Assembly (NCBI RefSeq): GCF_964204645.1
Contig: NC_134036.1
Location: 8,484,030-8,548,029 of the forward strand
Direction: 5' to 3'
DNA: 64,000 bases
Source: Tubulanus polymorphus
Lineage: Eukaryota; Animalia; Nemertea
In this document: positions 40,669-52,045 of the stretch, in pieces
Numbering within the stretch: position 1 is the stretch's first letter
Layout of the letters: every line of letters begins with the position of its first letter
Program-made: the position numbers and the translations under genes
Notes under the pieces: generated by a model
The model's database searches: none
The model's input: only the letters and a program-made list of their open reading frames with translations
Told to the model about the DNA's origin: nothing

Positions 40669-42100
40669 GTATTGTATATACGTGCAATTTTCATTGATTT
40701 TGTTTGATTTCACGTCACGAGAATCACACTTGGTCCCGGTGGTAGGTCTGGCGCCAATCATAAGCCTCGTCGTTGTCGGCCAGGGGAAAATTCTGGCCCC
40801 GAACAACTGTATTCACACGGATGCCAGATGGTCCGGTGCCTGTTTGGCCTGATCAACACGTCGAACCAGGACGTAGTCAGATTTAGCTTTGCTTTAGCAT
40901 TGTTTAGTTTCGAGTGACTGGTTTGCGTGTGAGCGCGCTCTGTAATAAGGCGCGGACAAAATCGTCTCCGTGTGATCGCATCAGTTCTTAGATAGATCCA
41001 CGATAAACACACACTAACATCGTAACTTTATTCCGGCCATTATTTCCATGTGACTTTTCCATTGTCATTAATCGAGGTCATTCAAATTATCAAAATGATG
41101 ATAATACGCAGAAAACCCGTTATCAGTGCGTTACAAGTTATATTTTAGTTTTCGATAAACCTACGTAAGGGGCGACTGCCGATGAATTGTGGTGATGTGA
41201 TCCTCTGCAACTGCTAGCGACAGTTCCGTCGCAGTGACATTTTGACCTACGTACGCACCCTTTCGAAAGCCCGGCCTAATATCTAGTAACATTGGCTTTT
41301 ATATTTGATTATATTTGATTTTTATGGACTTTCGCATTAGCGAAGTTCACGTTTGCTATCATATATGACACTTGTTTCCAAAGTAAGTTGCGAAAGATGT
41401 ATAGTTTCTCTACGGAACTTTCAAAATATTCAATGCAGTAATACAATCTCTTACCCTTTTGAATTTCGTCGGAAAACATAGCTTATTTGTTGATTTACTC
41501 ATTTATTTAATGTTGGAACTACATGTACAACTCTTTTCGGAAAAAACACATGCTTTGTTACGTATATTCATGCTTCACACACGCGCGCGTTAAAGACTCG
41601 ATGTTTTAAATGTGTGACCGTATTGATCTAGTCACGTACATGTATATGAAAAGCGTGCCTCGCTTGTGGCCTAGTTAAAGTTTCCCAAGAAACTACAAAT
41701 GATTCTGGCAAACTGCGCATCGCCGTGATTAAAGCGTGCGTATTCTAATTCTATACGATAATGAGTAGGTCTAAACTCTTTACGAAAAATCATAAAGAAT
41801 GCTCAGAATCTAGCAGTTGCCATTAAGGTCCACAGTCTGTGAACAGCTTCAAAACAACCGTGTGGAGACGCGGATGCACAGCTGTGCCCCATGGACTGCC
41901 AAGTCAATTAAGTTTGGGTTTGTTATGTGTTTCTCTGGTAAAGGCGCCGAGAACAGACTGGATCCGATGGTCATGGTAAGAAGTATACGTACTGACGTTT
42001 TATTTCGATACTGTTGACATGCACCACCATGTAAATTTAGAAAAGTCCGTATTAAGAATTTCGTTCCTTGTTCAACTTATTTTACCCCGATACATTTTAG

Positions 42101-42242
42101 AACAAATGGCATGAACGGCGTAGTGGAATATCTTGCGTTGACGGACTGGAGTTTCATAACGACAATGCTATTGTTCAGACAAAAAATCTAGAGAGATTCC
42201 CGGAAGGTTGTTTCCCAAATGATGGTCGCATTTATTTGAAAG
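42101..42242 (+). CDS. Gene B GON domain 2, C-terminal exon
   Basis: NKWHERRSGISCVDG...GCFPNDGRIYLK; phase 0 in, phase 1 out; ttttag| and AAG|gtcagt boundaries. Confidence 0.7.
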
Positions 42243-42320
42243 GTCAGTATACGTAATCGTTTATTTAACGTTCATTTCAACTTGAATTGAGTGGACATCC
42301 GCGTGTCATACAATGGACCT

Positions 42321-42548
42321 CGGCTGCGGTCAGAGCCAAAGCAGTAAGCTCTGTGGCACAGTAACCCCTCATATTTCATAAAAATCCACTAAAAACTCTC
42401 GGATCTCATCATGTATGATTTTCTATATGTGACTTGCATGTGTCAATCATGACTTTCATGTTCAATCCTTATGGGGGTATTTTTTTTTTTTTAAATAAGA
42501 GAGGTTACTGTTCCACAGAGCTTAGTGTTTTGGTTCTGACCGCAGCCG
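42321..42548. mobile_element. MITE with ~48-bp TIRs
   Basis: cggctgcggtcagagccaaagcagtaagctctgtggcacagtaacc / ggttactgttccacagagcttagtgttttggttctgaccgcagccg. Confidence 0.8.
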
Positions 42549-42957
42549 TGGCCTTCCTGTAGCCTATGCGAACGATTCACACTGCAATGCATATCTACAT
42601 GATAGATTCAATATGGCGGGTGCTGGTTCTTGAAATTTCTAGTGCTGCTAAAAACTCCGATTCTCGTCTGTCAGCGGTTGGAAATACAGTACCAAACGCG
42701 GTCAGTAGCGAGAACTCATAGGATACTACTGTACAACCGTGTTTCAGCGTCGTGGAAATTGAGTATGTACATTATTTTCGATCGTAAAAGTTGTCGCAAA
42801 TTGCTATAAATTTGAGTACTGGTGATATATAACCTGTGCACGACCGGTGAACCGTCACGCTCGAAGGATTACAACCCGGAGTTTTGTGGTCTAACTGCGT
42901 AGTGTGTATTAACTCGTTGTGTAACACTTATTCGGCTGCTTGACGTGCGACTACAAA

Positions 42958-44274
42958 ATGGAACGAAACAATCGATGCTCTGGTGATAAACCAGAATCAG
43001 ACTTAGTATCAGATTTTGAATCTTTTATGAAAAGCTCAGTCGCTGACATCATGAAGCGCTTGAATGATATTCAACTTGAGCAGAAATAAATGACCGATAG
43101 TTTCGATTCTTTGAAAACCACAGTTCGTGTCCATGATACTGACATAAGTAGTATTAATGAAAAACTACAAAACCAATCAAAAACTATCGACGAGCTCGCT
43201 GACTCGGTTCAATACACCAGCAAATCCTACGACGACCTTCAAAATGAAAATCAAAAGTTGATCTCAGACTTGAACTTCACATCAGGGAAAGTAAACAGCC
43301 TCACCACAAGCCTTAAAGCCGCAAGGGCAGATATAAAAAAATTAGAAAGCCTCTGCATAGAGCTGCAGTGCCAAGTGAACTCAGGCCTCACTGCAAACTG
43401 CCCCGACCCAATAGACTGTGCAGAACTCTGCATTATCGTGAGCGACTTGAAGAAAGAATTCCAATCTGATCTCCAAAAAACATGCGAAGAAATGTTTGAC
43501 TATCTTGGCCATAAACAAGCAATCACAGCTCACAAGCAATTGCCGATTAGAAATGGTCAGAGAAATCCGCTTGTAAAGGTCGCGTTGAAAACAAAAGCCA
43601 TTAAAATCGATGTCTTGCGAAAGAAACATAATCTTAGAAAAAATCCTAAGTTCACTGATGTCTGGTTGAGATCAAGCCAATCACATGCGGAACGTCTCCA
43701 TGACATAAACTTCCGAAGAGTTCTAGATTTTATACCAGAAGCCAAGAAAGAACTTAAAATAGCGAGTAATGGGCGATTGATAAGTCGCTCCGTGCCACAT
43801 AGGCAACCGATAAACCGCAATGCGCCGGCTCAAAGAAACCGAACCCCAGCGACAGAGCCCGATGTAACCCCTGCCCGCGATGAAAGTAATGATGAAAAAA
43901 ACCGAACCCCAGCGACAGAGCCCGATGTAACCCCTTCCCGTGATGAAAGTACTTTTTCTGGTTTTACGTTTCGAGCTTCACCTACCCTGCCACCTCAAGT
44001 TGCTGTTAATAATGACGCAACATCTGGTGCGAACGAAACAACCAGCCGCAAGGAATACGCCACACTGACCAACTCTACGAAATCGCGCACCCGTAAAACC
44101 GCGCCTGCTGGAAATCGTAAACGGGATACCGTTAGACCTCCGGAAAAAAGAGCCAGAGATGCGTCTGAACCTGAACAATCATCAGTAAACGAAGCGCTCC
44201 GAGACGCCAGGTTCGTCTTGGATATGGACAGTGGATTACATCTATCCCAACCACTAGCAACAGCTCCAGAATAG
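42958..44274 (+). CDS. LINE ORF1 (coiled coil, RRM-like segment, disordered tail) with an in-frame TAA at 43087-43089
   Basis: ATG 42958 is in frame with the 43090-44274 ORF; heptad-rich N-terminal half; LVKVAL...VLRKKHNLR...VWL motif. Confidence 0.8.
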
Positions 44275-47200
44275 GATTGCGCCGAGCCAGGAGAAATTAG
44301 TATCCTGTGTCTGAATATTTGTGGTTTGAAATCTAGATCATATACTCTAGAGTTTGATAGTTTATGCAAGTCAGCTGATATTTTAGTTTTTTCTGAAACC
44401 AAACTTGATGATTCCGATGAATTGTGGGTAAAAGAGTATTTTAAAAGTGTCGGTTACGAAGTAGTCATGAATAACAGATCAAATCTAGCTATAAGGAAAT
44501 CTGGGGGAATCCTGGTTGCTTTTAAGCAAAGTCTAAACAGATATATTAAAACTATTCATAAATCAACCAATATCATTCAATGGATTGAAATTGATAAGAG
44601 ATTCCTAGGGTGGAAAAAACATTTGTTAATTGGAGGAGTATATATTCCCCCAGAAACTAGTAGATATGGAAATATTAACTTATTCGATGAACTCGACACT
44701 GACGTTATAAACCGAATGAGTTCTACCGATGCTTATTTTTGTCTATGTGGCGATTTCAATGCCTACACAAAGCAGTTATTAGACTATTTACCCCATGACG
44801 AAATACTCATGGAATTCCTAGGCCTAGACGAAGTTTTTGTGGAAGATCGTCATAACCTTGATGCACTAAAAATACAAGGTCTACTCAATAGGAAAAACAA
44901 AGACTCCTCTATCAATAATTGGGGTTATCGTTTGTTAGACTTTTGTAAAAATCACAACATGTTCATTGCAAATGGCAGATTAGGTAGGGATAAAGGAATC
45001 GGTGAGTACACGTGCATCAAAGGGGAAAATAACCATGTTATTGATTACTTTATTATGTCTCCCTATTTGTTGTCAAAATGCGTGAACTTCAATGTAAACG
45101 ACTATGACCAAATGATTTCAGACGTACACTGTGCTGTTACGTGTTCCTTCTCTATTTCACACACGAGAAGTCCATATTCAAATGTACAAAACATGCCTAA
45201 CATACCAGGTAAAATTAAATGGAACAGTGGTCGAAGCGATGTTTTTAGAGAGGCAATCAACCAAACCGAATTGAATAAAATAAATATCGAACTTCAAAAT
45301 GATATAATAGACAGCGCCTGTGCGAATAAGCGTATATGCGACATTTTAAATAAGGCGGCAGGGGCCACAATGGGCCGAAGCCGGGTTAACTTTGACAAAC
45401 CAAAAACTTTGTTACATGACTATAAAGTGAAACGAGACCGTAGAATTTATAGGAAAGCGAAAAGAAATTATAAAAGATATCGATCCGTCCAAAATAGAAC
45501 TAATCTGAATTCGGCGTATAAAAGGTATAAAACATCGATAAAGATATCAAAACAAAAGAAAGTTAAATTGCACAATGACCAAATAGGAAAGTTAGCAAAA
45601 GACGATCCAAAAGCTTTTTGGAAATATTTCCGAAAGGAAAAACCAAATGAATGTAAAGCGTCGCTAGATGATTTATTTGACCACTTTTCCGTCATTAACC
45701 AAAACCGTAGTGCAGAAAATGATAATCGTAATTTTTTCAATGTGAATGACTTCCTTCATGACCACAATGATGATGCACTTAATAGGCTAATCACTGAGGG
45801 AGAAATATCTAAATGTATAAAATGCCTCAAAAATAATAAAGCCCCTGGAAACGACGAAATTTTAAACGAATTCCTCAAAACTGCAGAAAATGAAATCATG
45901 CCTACCCCCGTTTTGTTGTTTAACAATATTTTGAAAACTGGCTGCATTCCGGAAGAGTGGGCTGTAGGTATTATCACTCCAATCTTTAAGAATAAGGGAG
46001 ACCCTTCCAATCCGGATAACTACAGAGGAATTACTCTATTAAGCTGTATGAGCAAATTGTTTACGAGCCTGATTAATAAACGTTTAGAGGAGTTTTTGAT
46101 GGATAACCAATTACTGAATGAAAATCAAGCTGGATTTCGAAAAAATCGTAGTATCATGGACCATATTTTCACATTGCATTCTCTTATAGATATTCTGACA
46201 GTAATAAGCGGAAGCTTTACTGTATATTTATTGATTACCAAAAAGCATTCGATACAATATGGAGAAAAGCACTGTGGCATGAATTAATTTTAACGGGAAT
46301 TACAGGAAATATCCTCCGAGTGATTCATAACATGTATCAACATATTAAATCTAAGGTCAAGGTAAACGATCGATTATCAGAAAGCATAGATAGTCAAATT
46401 GGGTTACGTCAAGGGGAAAATCTGTCACCAGTGCTTTTCTCCATATTTGTCAATGACCTCGAGTCTTTCTTATACGAGAAAGGGTGTCAAGGATTAGATT
46501 TCCAGCTGGATGATTTCTGGTTTAACATATTAATACTTTTATATGCCGACGATACTTTATTATTATCTGACAATGCTTCCAAACTGCAAAATATACTTGA
46601 CCATGTTGTGGATTACTGCCAAACATGGCAGTTAGTAATCAATGTCGAAAAAACCAAAGCCATAGTTTTCGAAAAAAGACGATCTAACAGACAGTCCATT
46701 TTCTATATCAGGGGGGTAGCCTTGGATACAGTATCTGACTTTAGATATTTGGGAGTACACTTTAATTATACTGGAAATTTCGCTAAATGCAAAAAAGATA
46801 TCTGTGACCAAGCAAAAAAAGCACTATTTTTTGTTCTTAAAAAAGTACAGCAATACTCCCTAACTATAGACATTGCATTTAAAATTTTTGATGCAATGGT
46901 GGGATCGATCCTTACCTTTGGTAGTGAAATATGGGGTTTCTCGAACTTAGATGCAATCGAGAAAATACACCTAATGTTCTGCAAATACTTATTGAAATTG
47001 AAACGTGCAACTCCAAATGCTATGGTTTATGGAGAATTAGGTCGTTTTCCTTTTGAAATACAAATAAAAGTCAGAATGGTTAAGTTTTGGGGACATCTGA
47101 TCACAGAGAGCAACACTCATTCTAGTAAAATGTATCGTATCCTAATAAATAATCATGTAAATGGTAAGACCAGTAAATGGATCACTTGTATTCAGTCTAT

Positions 47201-47712
47201 CTTAGAAAACTGTGGTCTAGGTTACATTTGGTACGAACAATCTTTCCCGAATATCCGGTATTTATCAGAAACTGTTAAATTATGTTTACAAGATCAATTC
47301 AAACAGAAATGGCACCAGACTATCGCAGCTTCAACAAAACTAGATACCTATAGAATTATTAAGCCGAATTGGGGGCGGGAAGTATGTTCATTAGCACTAC
47401 CATTTGACCTCAGGACAAATGTAATACGGTTTCGTTGCTCTAATCATAATCTACCGATTGAAACAAGAAGATATGAAAATATCCCCCCGAAATGAACGAC
47501 TTTGTACCAAATGTAACCTAGGGCAAATCGGCGACGAATACCATTTTATAATGGAGTGTACTTTTTTCGAAAGTTTAAGAAGTCGGTACATACCGCAACA
47601 AATAGTAACGTTTCCTAATATAAGAAAATTTATGAACCTTTCTACGTCAGAAAACCCAAACGTCCTAAGGAATCTTGCAGTTTTTATAAAAAAGGCACAT
47701 AGCCTCATCTAG
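44275..47712 (+). pseudogene. LINE ORF2 (endonuclease + reverse transcriptase + CCHC) with two frameshifts (~46200 and ~47485)
   Basis: ISILCLNICGL, SET, GDFNA, IDY and SDVH endonuclease motifs. After the 46200 shift it reads KRKLYCIFIDYQKAFD; there is an extra C in the run at ~47483-47488. Confidence 0.92.
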
Positions 47713-48094
47713 CCTCACCTCATCGCTGTTCCTGGTATACACGAACTTTTCAAAATAACTTTTCAATTGTAAATATAACTAGTTATTGTATGACTAGCAA
47801 CTGTTATTGTATAACTGCAAACTGTTTATTTTGTATGTATCCTGTGCTCGCAAAAAATGTACAATTTTCTGGAGCAATAAATTTAAATCTAATCTAATCT
47901 AATCTAGCATAGAGAGCAGTGTAGTCTGATCAGCACAACAAAAGAACGAATTAACGAGGGTTTGTTTTAAAATATAAAATAATCAGGAGTGGTCCCGGCT
48001 CATCGTGCGGGGCACTTTGATTCGAGGGATGATGTCCACAAGTGCAATCCTCTATGAATTCCAATAGACTTTCAATCTGTTTTTAACTATTTAG

Positions 48095-48220
48095 TTGACA
48101 GCGTCGATGACTGTGAGGGTAATCCGTGCGGTAATCAAGGTCAATGTACCGATCAGATCAACGATTTTACGTGCACTTCTTGCGATGCGGGATTTATCTT
48201 GGCAAACAGAAAGTGTATCG
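48095..48220 (+). CDS. Gene B calcium-binding EGF-like exon
   Basis: VDSVDDCEGNPCGNQGQCTDQINDFTCTSCDAGFILANRKCI; six Cys; phase 1-1; tttag| and |gtaagt boundaries. Confidence 0.88.
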
Positions 48221-48409
48221 GTAAGTATTATATGAGTGCCAGTTTCAGTCGACCGTTATCAAACGGATATAAACTTTAAAAATAACAAATTGATATAAAC
48301 TATCCGCAGCTGACGAGAGCTGCGTGCTTTGTCTTCGTTTCCTGGTTGAATAGTGCCGAGGTCGTAGGGACAAACTGCTTAATGCGTTTTTTGTCCAATA
48401 TCCGGAGAC

Positions 48410-48600
48410 CTTCCTTCGACAATCAGAAGCATTGTCGAAAAAAATTCCTTCGACAATGCGAAAATCGGAAGCATTGTCGAAAAAAATTCCTTCGACAATG
48501 CGAAAATTGGAAGCATTGTCGAAAAAATCTCCTTCGACAATCCGACAATCAGAAACCAAGCAATGTCGAGAAAATTTCCATCGACAATCCGACAATCCCA
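48410..48600. repeat. ~42-bp tandem repeat of hairpin units
   Basis: gcattgtcgaa-aaaaattcc-ttcgacaatgc repeated about 4 times. Confidence 0.85.
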
Positions 48601-49168
48601 TAAAAAATATTAATTTCTTAATGTGACTATTTGAGTTTATTTACCATAGTTTCCCCAAAAAACCGCAAATGCAGTCCTCGTAATAATAGGTCCCTAATGA
48701 AAATTAAAAAGTGAAATGCGCGTCAATCGTCTTTTGTCACATATCGACATCTCGACATACAGTCTTTAGATCCCAGCCACTTTGAGTAGTTAAAAATAGA
48801 ATTTAATTTTAAGTCGAAAAAAAATTACATATCATATATCGACATTTGTTTTAGCCCTTAAAAAGTGACCCACTACAAAATTTTAAATTGTCTTTCCTTC
48901 TTTTATTTGTTTTCTATTATCATACAGAGCATGACTGTAAGGTATTAAGGGGGGGGGGGTGAGTTTATATGTTGTTATTTGCAAATTAATTGCCAAATTC
49001 ATGGCGTTTATTCTTTGTATTTTCTACGACGTATAGTCGACGAAAACGACTGGAAAGAGTGCAATTCGAAAATCCAACGATCGATAAACCGCAGCAAGTG
49101 AACTAGAAATGATACACAAATCGTTATTCCAACGGTTCATCTCATTTGATGTTTTTGTTTTCAAATAG

Positions 49169-49219
49169 AAATCATTGACTGCGATTCCGGATATGAATTC
49201 GTTGATGGGAAATGTGTCG
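49169..49219 (+). CDS. Gene B 51-nt microexon EIIDCDSGYEFVDGKCV (last EGF loop only)
   Basis: Polypyrimidine tract, tag| acceptor, G|gtaagt donor, phase 1-1; parallels CDAGFILANRKCI. Confidence 0.75.
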
Positions 49220-50811
49220 GTAAGTTGAGAAAGTGCTTTTGATCGTGATGAAAATACAATCTTAGCTTCAAAATTCATATATTCCGATATGCGTTGCCGG
49301 TATGGCATTCCTAAATTGATTCACGGTCAAGGTTAATTGATTCAAGGTCAAGGTCATAACAAATTTCAAATTAAAATTCAAAATGAGGAAATTTTCGTTG
49401 TGTCTTAATATGCGAATCCTTTATTCTGTCCTACCTCGATACTATATTGACTGGATTAGTATATTAATGAATGACCGAATGAATGAATGAGCGAGAGAGC
49501 GAGCAGAAGAACGCTGTCAGAGACTCGCCGTCAGTCTACCCTAAAAACAACATTTACACTTTTGAATTGCCATCATTACAAAAATATATTAATGCAACTT
49601 AGATTACATTTTAATTAGGGGATACATATAAACAAGTCTTATTTTCTAATCTTATCTTCCGTATGTCCAGTTCTACGGGGAGAGGACTCGGTGTAAAACT
49701 GCGACTAATCGGTTCAAATCCAATATAGCGTGGAAGTTACATTGTATAAAAGGTGTAATTTGGCTATGCATTTTGAGTTTTTTTTTCTACGCGCGGACAT
49801 ACCGACACATCGACAAACCGACGTACCTATAGTCCCTCGATCCGGCCACGGGTAATCCACACGAAATCCCATTCCCTCGATCCTAGCCACTTCTTATAGG
49901 GGTAATCCACGCACCACACAGCCACTCGATCCTAGGCACCAGTCACCGGTTTGTCGGTATGTGCGTTCGTGTGTATGTCGTTATGTAGGTGAGATTCATT
50001 TAGTCCAATACTGGCGTATTAATGTCAAATACCTGTCCGATGTGATAATTCTCTGCTGGAACTATTTGATGCTAAAATGGACTTGAGCCGAATAATCGTA
50101 GTTTTGAGTTGTATAAAACAAAAACAGTATAACGATTTAGCAACTAAAATCTGACCGACTTCCCGGAAATATTTCGTCTTTTCATCATCGCAGATTGCTT
50201 CGTCGAGTCTTATTGAAAGGGCTCTCGTCGGTCAGTACAGCCCTAGACAACCCACGGCGTCAACTACGGACCCCTCGTAACTAGCTGGCCACAAATTTGA
50301 GAACTGTCGATCGTAGGTTTCAAAGGTTCTTAATCGTGTCGAATCACCCGCGCTATCTTATAAGCCCAATGTTTCACATACGTACTTGTGGAAAAATTCC
50401 AAAGTTGCTCTCCATTCGAAAGAAATTTACTTCTTCGACCCATGAACATATAGTTCCTTTTCTATCGACACATTGTGGTCACATATGGAACACTGCGATT
50501 CAGTTTGTAAAGTTTCTCTGTAAATACTTGGGTACTCTAAACTAAGAATAAAGCAGCCTAGCCATCACAAAAAAACCTTTTCAATACGTGGATATATTCA
50601 AAACTGATAATACTTTGTTATACGGGATACAAAATAAAAACTAACAACACATAGAAAAAAAACATGAATAACACGTTCCCAAATGTTTTGATACTTTCTC
50701 AGTTTGTATCAAAAATATTGCCAATTTCTGGTCCTTGAGTCCTGAAAAATGATAAATTTACAGCGCAAAATCGTACAAACGTGTCAATTATACTTCTAAA
50801 CACTTTATTTG

Positions 50812-51322
50812 CGGACCAGTTTATGAATTGAGCGTGGGCCATAGAGCGCTATATCCGCCTGTGATCTCGACTTTCAATTTATTACGTAAGCTATTCGTGA
50901 ACAAAATGCGGCCGGCGCACAATAGAAACTTCGCTCTATGTATTCTTTCATAACCGCCGACAAAGAGGACCGATATTTCGCAAATTGGATTCGGGAGGTT
51001 TAAACCTCCCAAGGTCAAATCACTAAAATTGTGACCTTCGTGGAAATTATCTAAAAAGCCGATGGTAATCAAATTTAGCAGAACCTTTTACCCAAACGTT
51101 CAATGGTTTGAAAATCTTTCAATGGCATTCCTAAGTATTTGATGAAAGTTGAGAAATCATAAGATATTCATATAACCATGGACTCTAAAACCTAAATCAT
51201 ATAAGAGTCCCCGATATAAACAAAAAAACTTCGCATAACGAAGAAGCAAAAATTCGAATCTGATTCATCTGTTTGGAATTGATTCTTATGAAATGAAAAC
51301 AAATGCGTGAGCACTACTCATT
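50812..51322 (+). repeat. Dispersed repeat, inverted copy of 29630-30110
   Basis: Reverse-complement match with one extra internal segment. Confidence 0.85.
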
Positions 51323-52045
51323 CATCACCCGATACACATCCCCTTCGTCGATACTTTATCAAAGAAGGGTAAACCTTCATTTGATAGTCTATCGCCTCGT
51401 GTTATAGTATACTATATTATGGTAACCCTTCTTAGATACTCATTGCCAGAAGGGCGCGCGCGTTGGTCGCAAATTTATATTTTGGTACTTAGTTCGGCAT
51501 GACTGTCGGTTGTTATCGACAGATCCATCTTCTCAAGGACGAAGCCTATTTGGGCCATACAAAACTCCTCCGGCTGGCATAACAATCGCGTTTTACAAGG
51601 ATTTTAGGCCTGAATTCGATCAAGACGACAATCTGCATCCAATCCCCGTGTACACTGGTAAGTAAGGTGGCCTAATGTCTATTTCATTTTCATTTTCAAC
51701 CTGACTTGTGACATTTCGTGAGAAGCATACCGGGTGGCCTACTCAATGTCTATTTATTAATGGATGAGACCTGTTTTTCTGGGATATTTTGCTTACTTTT
51801 TGGGGTAAGGTACATACCTCATTTATGTCTTAACAGAATGCCAAAAATCGCGGACAACAACTGAATATCCGATATATTTCCAGTTCTGTACCAATTAGAT
51901 GGATTGGCAAAAAGACTCCTTAAGTCCAATTGAATGAGAGAGAAAATCCTCCATTTTGTGAAATTTCTTGAATTTGAACATTGTCACCATGACTGACGAA
52001 CATATTTTCCACATAGGGTGAATTTTAATGACTTAAAAATGAAAC

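Larger units (their letters stand above)
42603..47906 (+). mobile_element. Near full-length non-LTR retrotransposon, RTE-X-like (5' boundary approximate)
   Basis: 5' UTR near caatatggcgg, ORF1, APE endonuclease, RT (GLRQGENLSP, LLYADD), C-terminal HNLPIE..RY..R.C..C...GDEYHF..C zinc motif, AATAAA at ~47876 and (AATCT)n tail. Confidence 0.93.
28201..49219 (+). pseudogene. Gene B: secreted kringle-kringle-GON-(partial GON)-EGF protein, apparently damaged in this haplotype (possible pseudogene or truncated allele)
   Basis: Exons 28201-28255, 28413-28658 (or 28688), 30872-31108, 31377-31642, 38933-39109, 39742-39902, 40446-40479 (stop), 40510-40668, 42101-42242, 48095-48220, 49169-49219. In-frame TAG at 31054; phase break between 39902 and 40510. 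Confidence 0.6.

Noticed and set aside
41944-41975. Possible microexon ending in ATG|gtaaga
   Set aside because: 32 nt long; it would break the phase 0-0 join between 40668 and 42101.
49671-50280. Terminal exon of gene B
   Set aside because: Two candidate acceptors (before 49671, VLRGEDSV*; before 50194, DCFVESY*) cannot be told apart without transcripts, so neither is annotated.
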